64,000 nt of DNA from Nitrospirales bacterium (GTDB taxonomy: Bacteria > Nitrospirota > Nitrospiria > Nitrospirales > UBA8639), in NCBI GenBank assembly GCA_963555755.3, contig OY820905.2, positions 4,096,001 to 4,160,000 on the forward strand, in the 5' to 3' direction. Under the pieces are notes generated by a model. That model was given only the letters and a program-made list of their open reading frames with translations. It did no database searches and was not told the DNA's origin. The translations under genes and the position numbers were made by a program. Positions 62,164 through 64,000 of this stretch are shown one piece after another. Positions within the stretch are counted from its first letter, which is position 1. Every line of letters starts with the position of its first letter.

Positions 62164-64000
62164 GCACCGCTCCTTTACTTCATGTCGAGCGCCTCACAAC
62201 CGTGTTCGGGTCAGGAGACCAACAGGTTCGGGCAGTCGACAATTCCAATTTCACAATTGGTCGGGGCGAAACCTTCGCGTTGGTTGGTGAATCGGGGTGT
62301 GGAAAGTCCATGACGGCCTTGTCGCTGATGCGATTGGTTCCAGAACCCGCTGGGCGCATAGTCAATGGGCACGTGAGACTCGAGAACCTCGATATTCTCG
62401 CTCTTCCTGAAATGGAAATGCGCTCCATACGAGGTAGACGCATGGCGATGATATTCCAAGAACCCATGACTTCGCTCAATCCAGTCATGACTATCGGTAG
62501 CCAGATCGGTGAATCTCTGAAACTTCATCTCAATATGAAGGGTCACGAACAACAGAAGCGCACGATTGAATTGCTGGACCAGGTGAGAATACCGGATGCC
62601 TCACGCCGATTGCAGGAATATCCACATCAACTGTCCGGCGGGATGAAGCAACGGGTCATGATTGCGATGGCGTTGGCAGCGAAGCCTGAGCTTCTGATCG
62701 CCGATGAGCCTACCACAGCGTTGGATGTGACCATCCAGGCTCAGATTCTGTCTCTGCTCAAGTCGTTGCAACAAGAAACAGGCATGAGCATCTTGCTCAT
62801 CACCCACGATCTTGGTGTCGTAGCCGAAATGGCGGATCGGGTTGCCGTCATGTATGCCGGGCAAATTGTGGAACAGTCCCCGAAACAGGACTTCTTTAAT
62901 CGGCCCAGGCATCCGTATAGTCAAGCGCTCTTTCAGTCCTTACCCACCTATGAAAAACGCGATCAGACTCTCAGTGTTATTCGGGGGTTTGTCCCCAAAC
63001 TTCACCAAAAATTTACTCATTGTCGATTTGCCGATCGCTGTGATCATGTGTTTGATCATTGCCGGGAAGCTGTACCTCAGTGGAAGGAAATGGAACACCA
63101 GAGCGGTGTCCGATGTTTTCTGTATGATGGCCAAGAACAGAATGTCAAAAGTACTGATCCCGGCACTGTCGTCACTCCTTCCTGCGATGTTTACACACCC
63201 ACATCCGATACAATCCTACTCGATGTCCATGATTTGAAAGTTCACTTTCCGATCCAAAAGGGTCTATTCAAGCGGACAGTGGGATATGTGCGAGCCGTAG
63301 ATGGTGTCAGTCTTCAGATACCGGTTGGCCGCACGTTGGCGCTGGTGGGTGAGTCGGGATGCGGCAAGACGACGATGGGGAAGGGGATCCTACAACTGAT
63401 TCGCCCTACATCTGGAAGGGTGAACTTTGAGGAAAGTGAACTGACCTCACTGGATAGCAGGCGCCTACGTGCTCGTCGGAAGGACATGCAAATTATTTTC
63501 CAAGACCCGTTTTCATCAATGAATCCTCGTATGCTGGTAAGCGATATTATTGCCGAAGGACTCGTGACCCAAGGGGTTGGGCGTGAAGAATGCAACAAAA
63601 AAGTGGAAGAGTTGCTACAGCAGGTTGGGCTGCATCCTGAGATGAAGAAGCGATATCCACATGAGTTCTCCGGGGGGCAACGGCAACGGATAGCCATCGC
63701 ACGTGCCCTGGCCGTCAAACCAAAGCTGATTGTCTGCGATGAGCCCACCAGTGCCCTGGATGTGTCGGTTCAGGCTCAGATACTGAACTTGTTGAAAGAT
63801 CTGCAGCGTACACTGGGACTGACCTATCTCTTCATTACGCACAATATTTCAGTGGTTGCGTATCTTGCTGATGAAATCGCGGTCATGTACTTAGGCCGTA
63901 TCGTGGAATATGGTTCCGTGGCTAAGGTACTGAACGAGCCTCAGCATCCCTATACACAGGCCCTCCTTTCAGCTGTTCCCAGAATTGATGCAGATAGCGG
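62160..64000 (+). CDS. Peptide ABC ATP-binding protein with two ATPase domains (runs off the window; absent from the ORF track)
   Basis: [20 protein letters not shown]; second GESGCGKT at ~63350; [16 protein letters not shown]. Confidence 0.88.
   Translation, partial: MSTAPLLHVERLTTVFGSGDQQVRAVDNSNFTIGRGETFALVGESGCGKSMTALSLMRLVPEPAGRIVNGHVRLENLDILALPEMEMRSIRGRRMAMIFQEPMTSLNPVMTIGSQIGESLKLHLNMKGHEQQKRTIELLDQVRIPDASRRLQEYPHQLSGGMKQRVMIAMALAAKPELLIADEPTTALDVTIQAQILSLLKSLQQETGMSILLITHDLGVVAEMADRVAVMYAGQIVEQSPKQDFFNRPRHPYSQALFQSLPTYEKRDQTLSVIRGFVPKLHQKFTHCRFADRCDHVFDHCREAVPQWKEMEHQSGVRCFLYDGQEQNVKSTDPGTVVTPSCDVYTPTSDTILLDVHDLKVHFPIQKGLFKRTVGYVRAVDGVSLQIPVGRTLALVGESGCGKTTMGKGILQLIRPTSGRVNFEESELTSLDSRRLRARRKDMQIIFQDPFSSMNPRMLVSDIIAEGLVTQGVGREECNKKVEELLQQVGLHPEMKKRYPHEFSGGQRQRIAIARALAVKPKLIVCDEPTSALDVSVQAQILNLLKDLQRTLGLTYLFITHNISVVAYLADEIAVMYLGRIVEYGSVAKVLNEPQHPYTQALLSAVPRIDADS

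Overview
Bacterial chromosomal window; gene content and repeat style suggest a Nitrospirota-like organism (inference only). 1-12.5 kb is accessory DNA. It holds a tyrosine-integrase island in tRNA-Leu(CAG) (55-bp att repeat at 824-878 and 12445-12499) carrying a sigma54-driven PEP-CTERM gene. Four same-orientation copies of a ~150-220 bp GAAAAGGGGTCA...TGACCCCTTTTC element with stuttered ends lie here; they join unrelated gene fragments and bound an apparently exact ~2.02-kb duplication. The region also has a DUF4338-ISAs1 IS with a -1 frameshift and a RelE/XRE toxin-antitoxin (TA) pair. The rest is mostly core genes (rplI, glyA, nrdR, two-component systems, addB/addA, lgt, SNF2 helicase, Mrp/ApbC, Rieske ferredoxin, lipA, two peptide ABC transporters). 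These are interspersed with a group II intron inside the terminal inverted repeat (TIR) of a MITE, an in-frame translated MITE in addB, a DUF4338-IS4 element flanked by poly-G, an integrase-less integron cassette, two more TA pairs and eight copies of a covarying structured ~200-280 bp repeat. All calls are by eye from the sequence and the ORF track; no database searches were run.
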